The notes: generated by a model not told the origin, from the sequence alone. Counted from the first letter of the whole stretch, positions 1-13,272 are shown. The stretch is DNA of 62,877 bases, filler included, from Basidiobolus ranarum (GCA_040143965.1; 28 parts of 28 records of this genome joined end to end with filler, not necessarily neighbours in it); one strand, 5' to 3'. A program made the numbers and translations.

Positions 1-170
1 GGGCTATAGATATGTTGCTTTCTGCTTCTGATATATGTATAATAACTAAAGTTAACTATGATGTTGAATAAAGATTAATTATCCAACAAGAATAAGGTAA
101 CTTAAACACACTATCATAAGTTGCTTCTAATACCCAAAGTCTACCCCCATTATGTCAAGATCCTCCAACA
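1..170. mobile_element. Two copia LTR family C fragments in opposite orientations (1-88 minus, 89-170 plus)
   Basis: 1-88 matches about 40070-40157. 89-170 is the reverse complement of about 39842-39920 and ends CCTCCAACA. Confidence 0.8.
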
Positions 171-226
171 CAAGGTCCAATAAATCCTGGCACAGTGGAA
201 CAAGTCCAAAGTGCAAAAGAACTGAC

Positions 227-574
227 TGCTAAAGTAATTGGGAGCCTGTTGGAAGTGGTTTGGAGAATTAGAGGAATTGGTGGTTTCACTTATTGATTTA
301 TTGAGTATTCAGTTGACATTTATAGTTTTGTCAAGATGTAAGCACACAAATGTGTAGAATGTGTTAAAAAAGGTCCTAGGAACATTTTTGCAAAGTTTGG
401 GGCTTCTAGCATAAGTTTGAAAAACTCTATATATCTGAGAACTTCTAAGTTGGTAAAAATATTCGAAGTAAATTCGGATTAAGAACAATGGGTGATATCT
501 TAGTTCCATATGGAATGACTAAATATTAAGCTATATATGACTATATAGGTGTTTAGGCAATGCTAATTTCAACA
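227..574 (-). mobile_element. Copia LTR family A, solo-like copy (~348 bp)
   Basis: Aligns with 3925-4273 and 24885-25231. Minus-strand ends are TGTTGAAATTAGC...TACTTTAGCA. Confidence 0.85.
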
Positions 575-2158
575 TTCACCGAATCCTCATATCACTATAT
601 TCTCAAACCCCTCCAATATGATTACCATAGAATTTGGCGGAGGGCAACCCATTAAGCATCCGAGTGAGCACATTGTAAATTCGTTCATCTCAAGCACAAA
701 TTGGCCTAGTGGGTTTTTACATACATCCATGAGAGTGTGCGAGGTTATCTACTAAAATGGCAATGGATTAATTATAGCAACTGTGGATTCAGTTAAAATC
801 ATATCGAGATTCATTACGGTTACATTTCCTCAGCCATAGTTCACTGTCCATACGCACTACGAATCCACCCACGCCCTCATTGGTCCGATTTAAAAGTGAA
901 ATCACACAGTACTGTAACACGATCAATATCTGTACCACGTGACTAATCCTTAAGGATAGAGATAGCACACCTTGCATTGATTGGATCTTCCTTGATTAAA
1001 ACTGAATCTAATCAGACCATGATTCACACGAGAATCCGATCCACACCAACCAATCAGAGTGGGAGTTTCGAAGTACATTAGTACAGTTCGACTTCATTTC
1101 CACCCATACTGTAATAAATAGGTAGCCCGCTTGGCAACAGGAACAGACCTATCCTATGTTACCGTTTGTGGATGAGTTAAAACAGAGAATTCTCTGAGCC
1201 ACAGATATTTCATTAATAGACGAAATGAACTGGTATTTTCCTCTCCAATAAGATCCCACCCCCAACTCTAGATGTATGGTGAATCCTGACCGGTAAAAGT
1301 CGTCCAAATCCTCCTACACAGGAAGGATATCTAGTTAGGTAAGCGCCGGACAGGAATATCGATTATGTTTGTGTGCGTGTGCGTTTGTGTGCATATGTAT
1401 GGACGTATGTTTTAGACGGAAATATCTTCTCAGAGAGTTCGTATTCGTACCATTGGAGTGACCTGAATTCTCATACCACCTGCACTGGTATGTAGAGTCA
1501 ATCATACTCTAACCCTAACTCTGTTTGGACTGGTCTCAAGGAATTACAGGTTGGTTCAGTTCAGTTTAATTTTCATCAAAATTAACTACAAAATGGGGGG
1601 AGGGGCAGATTTGAACCATTAATAACGGTGCTTATTTCTGGTGATTCATGTGAAAAATCGGGTCAAGGGAAGGTTACATAGCGTTATTTTAACAGCAGTC
1701 GAGTGAAGATATTTTGTGTATAAAAAATGATCAATGAAACGGACCTGGGAAAGGTCTTTTACCAACAAATATACAGCCGAAGAGCGGATCAAGGTTCAGT
1801 AACTGTTCAAAATTCAACTAAAATGCCAATAATAATGGTGAGAGTGCGGGTCGTGGTCATGAAAGGAAAAGGAAGGGAAGGGAAAGGATTTGAGAGGAAA
1901 GTGGTAAAATGGGGGAGGTGCGCTTAGAATGTATTGGAATGAAGATGGTTGAAGGTTTGAATAAAATTGCGAGGTTTCCCGCCAAGTTTCTTCCGAATGT
2001 TGGACAGCTCGTTTTCAAGTGCAATCAAAAATTCTACTTTGGATTTTCGATCGTAATGTTGAAATACATATTGATTAGGCGGCATTTGCTTCTTGGAATA
2101 GGATCGTTTTCTCGATTCCACAAAGGAGGTGCGAGAGGAGCTCTTAGGTGAAGGTGGA

Positions 2159-2258
2159 NNNNNNNNNNNNNNNNNNNNNNNNNNNNNNNNNNNNNNNNNN
2201 NNTTAATTAATTAANNNNNNNNNNNNNNNNNNNNNNNNNNNNNNNNNNNNNNNNNNNN
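2159..2258. other. Artificial assembly linker (44N + TTAATTAATTAA + 44N), first of 27
   Basis: The same 100-bp spacer, with stops in all six frames, also starts at 4416, 6673, 8930, 11187, 13442, 15697, 17951, 20204, 22457, 24708, 26958, 29208, 31456, 33704, 35952, 38199, 40445, 42691, 44937, 47182, 49427, 51671, 53914, 56156, 58397 and 60638. Contig lengths are non-increasing from 2158 to 2140. Confidence 0.99.
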
Positions 2259-2866
2259 GGGCTCAAAGACAACCCCCATTCTCAGATTAATATTATTCAC
2301 ATCGACCAATGCGACCACTTGTTTGGCCTACTACCAAATGGTATCAATGGGAAGAAATGAGGCTCTGGCTACACTCCTTATTTCGGTTAAAGAGACATAG
2401 GGGCTCACCTGGGTAATCATGCGATCTAGGAGGTAAGCCAGCCCTCGATTTACGTTAGCATTAGGTTGTAATATTGGCACTCACCTGGCTATGATTTAAA
2501 CCTTTGGAGGATCACAAGTGGCACAGTTGCGTTGCAATAAAGCAGATGCAAGCCTTGATTTTAATTTAGTACACGAGTAATCGGTTCATATATTGATTGA
2601 TCCACAGCCTCAAATGAGCTTCAATCATCTCTTCCTCTTTTACCACTTGCAAGGCCCAATCTTATATAATATACTCATGTGGCAGATAAACCATAGCCAA
2701 TCAAAATCCGAACTTGCATGAGAAATCCACGATATGTTGACCACAATCTTCCACAATGGGAACGTACGTTTGCTCAGTAAGTGGTGGGCTTGGCTTCGTC
2801 ACCTTCTGATTATAAATAACGAACGTATCCCTGAATAAGTTCCAAATCCATTATTATCTGAAGAGT

Positions 2867-3626
2867 ATGCCTACAAATATGCCAAGTCATGTCACCAGCA
2901 AGCACCCTTTGATTGCTCATAAGTTATCTTTGTTGAGAGATAAAAATTCTAGCGCCAAACAGTCGCGTGAGCTTTTAGAAGAGATTGCTTACCTCTTGGC
3001 GTATGAAGCGATGCAAGACTTGGATCTGAAGGAAATTGGACAGGTACTATCTTGATCCTTTATATATGTTACCCTCACCTAGCTCAAACCCTTTCTTTAT
3101 AGATGGAAAGTCCATTAGCACCGTATACTGGCGAAGCAATTAAAGATAAAATCGGTCTGGTTCCTGTGTTGCGTTCAGGCTTAAGCTTAGTGAATGGTAG
3201 ATATACTGTTCCTATATGCTCCCGTTTTGAGTAGCTAACTAAACATGTATAGGTTTCTTGACTATGATTCCTACCGCACGTATTTTACATATCGGTCTTT
3301 ATAGAGAACAAATATCACTTCAGCCAGTTGAATACTATAACAAGCTACCCAAGGAACCAAATGTTGATTTATGCATAGTATTAGACCCTATGGTAGCTAC
3401 AGGAGGAACTTCAGTTGAGACAATCAATATACTGAAGGATTGGGGAGTGAAAAGAATCAAATTTGTTTGTGTTTGTGCATCTAAAGCTGGTTTGGAGGCA
3501 CTCCTAGAAGCTCATCCAGATGTAACTATATACACAGGTGTAGTAGATGAAACGTTAAGTAAAGAGGGATACATCGTTCCCGGATTTGGAGATTGTGGTG
3601 ACCGTATTTACCAAACTAAGAACTAA
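2867..3626 (+). CDS. upp: Uracil phosphoribosyltransferase, bacterial Upp-type; exons 2867-3043, 3103-3196, 3253-3626
   Basis: Spliced product [14 protein letters not shown]...VPVLRSGL...HIGLYRE...[10 protein letters not shown]...[17 protein letters not shown] introns of 59 and 56 nt restore the frame; GCTAAC branch point in intron 2. Confidence 0.93.
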
Positions 3627-3924
3627 GCCAGCTCCAAGTCTCCATATTTTATCTTCTCTTGTTCATTAGCTTTTTATTCCTGATTCGATATCTATCTTGG
3701 AATGTTCGATTATTTTTACATAATTCTAATCATTAAATAATATCTGAGATTGAACAACGAGCCTTCAGAAAGCCGCGCTACATTTACCACAAGTATTTTT
3801 TGATTGCTGGGAAACTTCTGAACAGATGTCAATACCAACATTAACTTACAAGTAAGTGAACTCTGAAAATCCCAGAGCATTTGTGAAATTTGTACATGCC
3901 CACCAGATCATGTTATCCAGTTAC

Positions 3925-4347
3925 TGTTAAAGTAGTGTGGGAGCCTGTTGGAAGTGGTTTGGGGAATTAGAGAAATTGTTCATTTTCACTTATTGATTTA
4001 TTGAGTATTCAGTTGACATTTATAGTTTTGTCAAGATGTAAACAAACTAACATGTAGAATGTGTTAAAGAAGGTCCCAGGAACATGTGTGCAATGTTTGG
4101 GGCCTCTAGCACAAGTTTGAAAAATCTGTATATCTGAGAACTTCTAAGTTGGTAAAAATATTCCAAGTAAATTCCAATTGAGAATAATGGATAATATCTT
4201 AGTGAAATATGAGATAACTAAGTACTAAGCTATATATGACTATATAGGTGTTTAGGCAATGTTAATTTCAACAGTAACTAAATGCTAAGCTATATATGAC
4301 TATACAGGTGTTTAGGTTATGCTAATTTCAACACTCTCCCTCAACTA
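3925..4347 (-). mobile_element. Copia LTR family A (3925-4273), a duplicated 60-bp LTR 5' end (4274-4333) and PPT (4334-4347)
   Basis: TGTTAAAG...TTTCAACA. 4274-4333 repeats 4214-4273. CTCTCCCTCAACTA is the reverse complement of PPT TAGTTGAGGGAGAG. Confidence 0.85.
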
Positions 4348-4515
4348 AATAGTCATATTAACTAATACTAGAATATTTTTACCAACTTAGAAGTTCTCAG
4401 ATATACAGATTTTTCNNNNNNNNNNNNNNNNNNNNNNNNNNNNNNNNNNNNNNNNNNNNTTAATTAATTAANNNNNNNNNNNNNNNNNNNNNNNNNNNNN
4501 NNNNNNNNNNNNNNN

Positions 4516-5763
4516 GCTAGAGGACAAAGACCTTTAGGGATATGTTACAGAAGAAGAAATAGAGCCAAAGGATCCACCAGAAAGTGTCATTGCCTTTCAC
4601 CAAAAGCAGAGGAAAGCACTCTCTACACTTTGTCTACATTGCAGAAACTCCCAATTGAGGCACACACAGTCAGCCAAAAAAGTCCAAACTGCTCAGGAAA
4701 CACTTGAGAGACTATATGAGACTAAAAGTCTGGCTAATAGGCTATATCTTAGGCAAGAATTATACTCAATACAGATGAATTCAAATGACTTCTAATGAAT
4801 CTCTGGCTAATCATAATATTGGATAAAAACTATAGCAGCTCAGCTTTGATCTATTGGGGCACCTCTAAATGAAGATTGCTTAGTCATGACACTACTTTTG
4901 AGCCTGCCAGACAAGTATGTCAAACTTGTAATTTGCTAAGAATCAAGATCAGAGCCATTAACAATGGAATATGTTGTTGCTAGGCTCTAATCAAAGAATT
5001 AAGAAGATCTGAATTTCATCAAAAAATGCAATCAGGCATTTGCTGGAGCTGTAAAACATCCAATAGGCTTCACCAATGGTGCCTCTAATAGGAAAATCAA
5101 TCATCTGCAAGTATTGAAAGAAACCAGGCCATTTAATCAAAGATTTGCAGACAAAGGGTTCTTGCTAAAAAGATAAAATCAGAACAAGCAAATCAAGTAA
5201 GCACTGATAGGGATCAGCTATTTGTTTGTGCCCTATTAGTAACCACTAATGAAAGCTCAGAAACATGATAATGCAAAGCTAGCTGAAACCAAGTTTTTAT
5301 GCCAAAGTGCATTCACCTTAATTTTTCTTAATATTACAGAAAAGTTGCTAAATCAATGATCAAGAGCCACAATTGCCCCAAAGGTATGGAAAATCTTAGA
5401 AGACACCTAATTAACATGTTCTGCTACCAACAAGATGTTTATGGGAAGACAATACTTTAACTCAAAGATGAGCCCAACCAAAGACATCAAATCACAAATT
5501 AATAGAGTCATTGCTTAAGTTAATGAAATGGATGGTATTGGGGTACCTACTGCTGATCTAGATATCATAGTAACAGTCCTATATAGCCTGCCATGCAAGT
5601 TATGGAGCCTAGTAATGGCTCTAGAACTAAATACTAAAATTTGATCTTAAACATTATACTTGGCAGACTTCTGGATCAAGATTGATGCAAATCAGTTTCC
5701 AACCAAAAGAATGAAGAAAATGCTTTAATAGGCTATGGGAATTTTTCCTACAAAGGTCAAAAG
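4516..5763 (+). mobile_element. Degenerate copia gag fragments from two families
   Basis: Homologous to gag at 6146-6560 and 9617-10450 (ETKSLANRLYLRQ and LLLSLPDKY motifs). Many stops and frameshifts. Confidence 0.75.
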
Positions 5764-6563
5764 TGTGGAAATTAGGTAAATAGCAACTCCTTACTTATAA
5801 CTAGTTTGTTCATACTCTGATTATTTTGCACTCAATTTTGCCGTTAAAAAATGTGTGTTTTTTGCTCTAATTGATAGAAATATCAATTAGAACACTTTTA
5901 CCAATTTTCACTATGCTCTTGAAACTTCTCCAAATCATCTCAAACTTTCACCCATGCTTAACAGGCATGTTTGCTATGATCTAAGCACATCAAATAGTCT
6001 AATTTTTTAGTGGACTGTAAATAGGACTTATTCAATGCAGTAAAAGCTAAGTGTCTAATTCACAAATCCAACTCTGGTCAAAGACACTTCCAAGTCCCCT
6101 AGACACTGTTATCAGGTTATGAGCTCCAAGCTTGCTGTTAAAGGAATGTGTACCAGTACTACTAGCTGTGTTTTTGCATCCACAAAGAAGTTTAATGGTG
6201 AAGACTTTCACCTTTGAAAATTCAAGATTGAAATGGTGCTAGAAGACTAGGACCTTTGGGGAATTGTTACAGGAGAAGAAATAGAGCCAAAGGGACCACC
6301 AGAAGCTATCCATGCCTTTCACAAGAAGCAGAGGAGAGCACTCCCTATACTTTTGTCTACATCTCAGAGACTCTCAATTGAGGCACATACAATTAGCCAG
6401 AAAAATACACAAAGCTTGGGGAACACTTAAGGGACTATACAAGAATAAAGGTCTGGCTATAGCTTAGGTGAAAGATATTCTCAATTCAGATGAATTCTGA
6501 TTATTCTATGCATAATCATAAAAAATGGATAAAAGCTATGGCAGATCAGCTCTCTGATGAAAT
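5764..6563 (+). mobile_element. Copia family B 5' LTR (5764-6114), PBS GGTTATGAGCTCC (6115-6127) and degenerate gag
   Basis: The LTR matches 56593-56939 and, reverse-complemented, 33283-33560. Gag reads KKFNGEDFHL*KFKIEMVL. Confidence 0.85.
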
Positions 6564-6672
6564 TGTTGAAATTAGGTAAATAGCAACTCATTATTTAGTA
6601 GTTAGTTTATTCATATTCTGATTATTTAGTACTCAATTCTGTCATTCAAAAACGTGTGTTTATTGCTCTAAT
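6564..6672 (+). mobile_element. Second family B LTR 5' end, nested in family B gag
   Basis: TGTTGAAATTAGGTAAATAGCAACTC begins abruptly inside gag. Confidence 0.8.
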
Positions 6673-6772
6673 NNNNNNNNNNNNNNNNNNNNNNNNNNNN
6701 NNNNNNNNNNNNNNNNTTAATTAATTAANNNNNNNNNNNNNNNNNNNNNNNNNNNNNNNNNNNNNNNNNNNN

Positions 6773-8929
6773 ACATCTGCAATATTTATGACATATGATT
6801 CCTTACATCAGAAACCTTCTTAGCTTTTGATCTTGCATAGCAGCTACTAAATAAGTCTTTACCACCCTTCAAGATCCTACTACAAGTCTTTAAGGCTAAA
6901 ACAAGATAACAAGTGGTGCAACTACAAATCCTAATAAGTTTAACATTTGGTTTGCTCTATACAAAACTTCAGAAAGATTATGTTGAGTTATAATCTTGTT
7001 GGGTCCCACTTTGATATTGACTTAAGTGGAGATAAATCCCGCCCAACAGTAGTATCCTGACTTTTAACCATATAATAGTACTCTTCACATTGTTGCTAGG
7101 GGTCTAATAAATATCTCACTAATTAGTCTTGCTCTGTCGATCAGGAAACAATTGTTTGTTATACACTTTCATTCTTGGAGCAAAAAAAAGCTGCTAGAGC
7201 AGTGTTATGACTCTTAAACAGCATCACTGATGCATTGACTGCTTCTTCCTACATCTTTGAATAAAGCTGTTTAAAAACATCTCATACTTCATAGTTTCAA
7301 CTGTGAAGCACTACCCAAGTTCACCTTTTTTATTCAATGAAAAAGAGTATAGAGTAGTTTGTACAATGTACTGCAATACTTTTATGAGCTTACAAAAGTG
7401 AGATACAATTTAAGATATTGCTACACATAGCCTTGATCTGTAGAGGGCTTTATAACAGCCATCTGTTCTGTTTCCCATAAAACTAGTTGTCACACATATC
7501 TATTTTTATTTTACTTTGACTTCATAAGCTTGAAACAATGTAACTTTGGATCCATTTATTTAGCTTTGTTTCCCAGCATTGAATTCTTACAAAATCAGAT
7601 ATCATATATCACTGTGTCAGCAATATGCATAGGCATCACGGGCACTTGTCAATATCTGATGTTCAGTATTTTAATGAGAGTTCAAACTCCATGATTGCTC
7701 ACTATATTACCTCAGACCTTCCTATTGTGGTGTTAAAGCCTCCATACTTAACTATGCAGCAGTTGTGAAGCCCTCTAACTTGTTTGGCATACTATGATGC
7801 ATTTGTAGACTAGGGCACTGCTATTCAAAGGTACTGCAATGGAGCTGAGTTGAACTGCCATTGCTTAAGTCCAATTTATGTGATTGACCATAGATTAACC
7901 AGATTTTTTAAGTACAAGAAGTGGATTTGACCAAGATATGGCTTATGAGTTGAATGTTTTGAACATATCCTTATCCCTGTTGTGATAGAGCTTATAGGTT
8001 GAGTACACAAGGTGGTTAACTTTTACTTAAGGTTTTGAAATAACATGCTATATTAAATCATGCTACAATTAAAACTAAAAAATGATTTGTACAAATCATT
8101 GCTGTAATTAAATACATAGCCAAGCCTCTTTCTTTATTCCGGTTTTTGACCAGAACTTCAAACTACTAGTGAGAGAGCTTTCTAAGTGTAAGATAATGAA
8201 AGAAATCAATGCAGTCAAGAAATTCTTGCAGCAGTTGAAGTGGAGAATAGAATATGCAGAAAGCCTTTGATAATGAGTTTTACATTGAAACCAAGTGTTT
8301 AAAGTGAGACTGTGGTTGGCACATCCTGTTCTTACACTTTAAAGGCAGCATGGCAAACCAATATGACGCACAAGAATGTCCCCAATGCTATGTCTGCAAA
8401 ATGATACAAATTTGCAACTAAAATGGAAAGCAAACTAATTTAGGAAAGGCTTGAATAAAACATAAGTCAAGCCACATGGCCAGAATACTGGCAAAAGGTA
8501 ACAAGGTCTGTAACATTAGAAAATTAAAATTGCAGGTGTTTTCAAAGTTAAAACAATTTATACTTGAGCTTAGCAATGACTGGCAACAAATAGATCAACT
8601 TGCAATAAATAATGTTTGAATAGGCAAAAATTAGTTATTGAAATGCCAACATCAATCACAAAACCCATTGGTCCAGGTAAAACAATATACAAGGAGTATG
8701 AGGCAGCCATTTGAGCACTGTATATCAAAGTACATATTTGCCAGACATTAGAGGCTCAAAATGACTCAAAGCACAGTACATATATTGTGATGACTAAGCA
8801 TATTATATATAATGTATTAAATCTGCATATGAGTGATATTAGAGTAATTATTTTTAACCATTTTGCAGTGCTCAAAGAAGTGATATACTAAGTGATATTC
8901 TGCCATAAACATGCAAGCCTAGGGAGGAG
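6773..8929. other. Unclassified CpG-depleted degenerate sequence, probably an old transposon
   Basis: No ORF of 60 aa or more, very few CpG, and no match to other repeats in the window. A broken Cys-rich frame lies near 8280-8400. Confidence 0.35.
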
Positions 8930-9029
8930 NNNNNNNNNNNNNNNNNNNNNNNNNNNNNNNNNNNNNNNNNNNNTTAATTAATTAANNNNNNNNNNNNNNN
9001 NNNNNNNNNNNNNNNNNNNNNNNNNNNNN

Positions 9030-9448
9030 GTATTTCCAGAGTCAGCTATACCAGCAGATACACTGGCAAAAAGTCTTAACTTTACCATAGAACCAAGTAC
9101 ACCAGTTGGAAGGGTGCTGAATATGGAAGTTTATCATACACCTGGGATCTCTCAAGATGACAAAGCATATGCAAATAAAACTTGTGGCTCACAAACCTCA
9201 ACTGGTCTCTTCAAAGTGTCAAAATTAGCTCCAAACTTAAAGGCAAGCAAAAATCCACTCAAACACCACAAAGCACCCTTGGTAATGTCACACTACAATG
9301 ACAAATAAATTTAGCAAATATGCTTGAGGAGTATTTTCAAAATTATGAATGGAAAACTGCAGTGAAAGTGTGTAGAAAGTGGCTTTGGAAGAAAACATTC
9401 AACTTGACAAGCAGTTTGGTGTTGACTATGTGAATAACTAGGAAGAAC
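9030..9448 (+). mobile_element. CACTA-like element ORF2 fragment
   Basis: Homologous to 12410-12820 and, reverse-complemented, 39100-39370. Confidence 0.75.
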
Positions 9449-10536
9449 TGTTTACTTCTTGAGAGAACTATAAGTGTCAACTTTTAATTCAATAAATCAA
9501 TAAGTGAAAACAACCAATTTCTCTGATTTTCCAAACCACTTCCAATAGGCTCCCATATACTTTAACATGTTATGAGCCCCAAGCTTGCACTCTCTCTAAT
9601 TTCTACTTCTTAAATTATGGATCTTTTCCCTTTCCTAAAAAATTGGGTGGAGCCAATTATCAAGGCTGCAAAATTAAAATGAAAATGCTGCTGCAAGAAA
9701 AAGTACTTTGGGACACTGTTGTGGGAGAAGAAAGCAATGAAAAACTACTGGAAACCAAAGTTTTACTTCAGTTTAAAAAAGAACAAAGTGCCTTTAACAT
9801 AATTTGTCTTGATGTTCAAGACAAATTGCAATTTCAATGTTCAAGAGCTAAAACTACCAATAAGGTGTGTAAAGTCATGGAAGGCACCTACCAACAAGTC
9901 CTGCTGCCAACAATATGTTTCTAAGAAGACAGTTCTTTAACTTAAAGATGAAGCCAGGAGAAGACATTAAATCACTAATTTAAAGAGTGACTATTTTATT
10001 TACTGAAATAGAATGCATTGGAGAACCCACTACTAATCAAGATATTGTAGTTACATTCCTGAATAGCCTGCAACACAGGTTTCATAGCCTAGCAATAGCT
10101 TTTGAATCAAGAATTGAATATAACCTCAAGTGATATATTTGGCTGACTTCTAGATGGTAATATATGCATATTAGTATTCAACTAAAAGAATCAGGAAAAT
10201 GCTTGGATAGGCTGTGAGAAACCTTCATATTATGGTTAAAAGAACTTTAATATGAAAAGTAACACAATCTACAATTGCTGTAAAAGAACTGGCCACATAA
10301 GCAAAGATTGCTTTATAAGAAATGCAAAAGAAGAAAAAAATACTGAATCTGGAAATGTGGTTACAACAGAAGATCATGTATTCATATCTGCTCTATCTAT
10401 GACTACCAACAACAATTCTCAGATGTTTTATATTGATTTTGGATCCTCCCAACATCTGACAAATGAAAAACATTGATTTGTGGATTATGAAGAAATACCA
10501 ATTGGAAAGGTTCTTGCTGGATATGACCACATATTG
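9449..10536 (+). mobile_element. Copia family A LTR 3' part (to 9567), PBS (9568-9580) and degenerate gag with zinc knuckle
   Basis: ...TACTTTAACA followed by TGTTATGAGCCCC. Gag KKLGGANYQGCKIKMKMLL; knuckle YNCCKRTGHISKDC; protease-like FYIDFGSSQH. Confidence 0.85.
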
Positions 10537-11186
10537 CCCTAAAAAAAATAACATTGATTTGATCCAGACTGGATCCACCCTTTTGGATTGCAAAGCCATC
10601 ATACAACCTTCAGACAACTGTCACAATATTGGTGCTTGCATTCTGCCAGGGATTTTGATGGTGTGATGGTGGCTTCTGGATGGTAGTTTGACTGTATTCA
10701 TACATGTTAAAATATTGATCCTCATGTTTGGCATGCATCATTTAATTTCCGGCAATTTCTACAAAAATCTAACTTTCAAATGGCAAATTACTGGGTTTCC
10801 TACTGTAGGAATTTAAATTAGTATGCATGCCTTTAATTAGATATTTTTGGTTTTGTATTCCAGCCATAATGAGAATCAAAAAATACAAGAATCTTGTTGT
10901 GTTTAGTCTCTACATATGCACATACTTGACTGATCAAACATAACGCAACAACATCAATATGCTTTACCAGCAAATTAATCATGGAAAAGTTGCTAAACAT
11001 ATGAAATTATGAGCAGTATTGACACTTGGCAAATAGCTGACTATTGTTCCTATTCCCAATGACAATAAGCTCTTAGATTTTGGCAAATTTCCATAAAGAA
11101 TTCAGCCAAAATATCCCCAACTTGCAGTCAACAAATGTCCTGCCACAAGTAGATGTGTCATTGCTTGAATAGATTACCCCATGGCT
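10537..11186 (-). mobile_element. CACTA-like element right end and transposase C-terminal region
   Basis: Starts CCCTAAAAAAAATAACATTG (TIR variant). It is the reverse complement of about 40800-41435. Confidence 0.8.
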
Positions 11187-11286
11187 NNNNNNNNNNNNNN
11201 NNNNNNNNNNNNNNNNNNNNNNNNNNNNNNTTAATTAATTAANNNNNNNNNNNNNNNNNNNNNNNNNNNNNNNNNNNNNNNNNNNN

Positions 11287-11874
11287 CAACTAACAATTAC
11301 TACTTGTAATTGCCCCTTATTTTCATTACTGCTTACAAGACCTTTAAAAAGGGAGCTCAAGAGAGACTACTAGACACAGTTACAGGCTACTGTGTGACTA
11401 GAAAGGACTTGACTGGCTCAACGTAAGTACTGACAGCTTGGTGTTATATTTCTGATACTTTATAATTTTTTCCCTAGTTTTGTCTTCATAGGCAAGGAGT
11501 TTTTCATATCCTTGGATAGATCACTACTAGTGCATCCTTGTTCAAGACCATGCTGGCTGAGTTTACAGTTGTTTTTGATTGGACATACCCTTTTCATCTG
11601 ATCATTTGCAAAGGACATTGAAGCCAGCATATTCTTTTGTCAGGCACCAGCATAGTATACAACAGAAAGCTGGACATTACATTGTGGTTTATCAGTCCTT
11701 GAACATTTCTAGTGGCTTGATTCCCTTTCACAAAGGCCCAAGAGACAGGAGACAGACCCATATTACAGTACATCCCAGAGTTATTCAAACATAGTTATTG
11801 CACCCTTTGAATACCTCACAAAACACTTAGGATATTGCAGTTATAGTTGCTGCTTACACCCTAAAACAACTACA
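11287..11874 (+). mobile_element. LTR family F (gypsy), 3' part ending ACTACA
   Basis: 11579-11874 closely matches 27058-27354 and both end CAACTACA. The start overlaps the reverse complement of about 61885-61920. Confidence 0.7.
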
Positions 11875-13272
11875 ATATCCACAAGACTGTAATTAAAGCA
11901 GCATTTGGAAGCAACTAGTCAATAGTTAGAGAGTCACTCAACAATGATACAAGACCTTTAATATGCTGTACTTGAGCTACTGCAACATGCTGCACCTCAC
12001 AGGAAAACTGGCAAACCATAAGACTCTGAACCTCAGAGCTGCAGTCACTTGCTCTGATGATGAGTGGCTAAACATTTTGGAAACTGTGTGGAATTGGGCC
12101 TAAAATTAACTGGATTTGAGCCAATTGTGGTACAATCAAAAACCAGGCATAACTCTGAAGGTTCTTTACTAATTTCATATGGCTTATTCTGGGTGTTTGC
12201 AAGCAAATGGCAATTGGGTAAGTATAGGCCTATTCATGAAACATCTCAAAAATGAACACGATCATCAACTTGGCAAAGAAAGAAGAGCAGCTAAAGAAGT
12301 ACTTTAAGAGCAAGAAGTTAGTAAACCCAAGGGAAAAGCAAAGGAGCCAGTGAATTTAGGCTCTACTGTCCCACTTACTGAATTCTTCACACCATTACCA
12401 AGATCTGCATTTCTGGAGTTAGATAAACTGGCAAAAAAGCTTAATTTCACCATGGAACTGGGTACACCAGTTGGAAGAGTGGTAATTTGGAAGTTTTCCA
12501 ACACCTGGCACCTCACAACAAGCTAAAACACCAGCAAATAGAACTCATGGCTCTCCAACCTCAACTGGTACTTTTCAAAGTGTTGAAATTAGCCCTGAGG
12601 TTGAAGGCAAGCAAAAAGCTACACAAAACACTGCAAAGCGCACTAATAGTGTCTCACTACAAGGACATACAAACATAGTCAAAGTGCTTGAGGAGCATTA
12701 TCAAAAGTATGAAGGGAAAAACGCAGTGCAAGTACAAATACAGTGGTTTCAGATGAAGAGCATACAACTTGACACTCAGTCTGGTGTTGACCATACAGAT
12801 ATCTGGAAGAACTTATTACAAAGTGGCACAATATTGAATAGTCTCCACCAGACAGCTGGAAAAATGTGATTTAGCAACATTAATACAATGGTGGGCTTTG
12901 ATGGAGATATTGATAGAAATTTGTGTTGGGTATGGGCTAAACGTTGGGTATAAAGAACTCTATAAAAATATTCAGGAGAATATATCAAAGAGACTTGGGT
13001 ATTCAAAGGTGACAAATTAGCATTCAAGTGGTAATTGTGTAAAATTTGAGTTATGTTTTTTGCACATGTGTTAATCCATAGTTTTTTGAGATTGTAGCCA
13101 AGCATATGCAATTATTTTGCAAGATCTTGAAATTTCACTGCTGAAACTGAAAAAATTGATTTAATTCAAATCTAACTTGACATTTTTATGATGGAAAGTT
13201 AAAATTCAATCCTAAATGGATTGAAATTGTGAAGGTTTTCCTACAACAACAATCCTCAAATTTCTGTAAGGG
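11875..13272 (+). mobile_element. CACTA-like element ORF2 (degenerate) running to the left TIR
   Basis: Homologous to the ORFs at 39030-39860 and 54706-55451. Ends AAATTTCTGTAAGGG, the reverse complement of a CCCCTAACAGAAATTT variant. Confidence 0.8.

Noticed and set aside
575-2158. Short ORFs, a GT-rich tract and a purine tract in contig 1
   Set aside because: No coding signature or RNA-gene structure was seen; probably intergenic or UTR.
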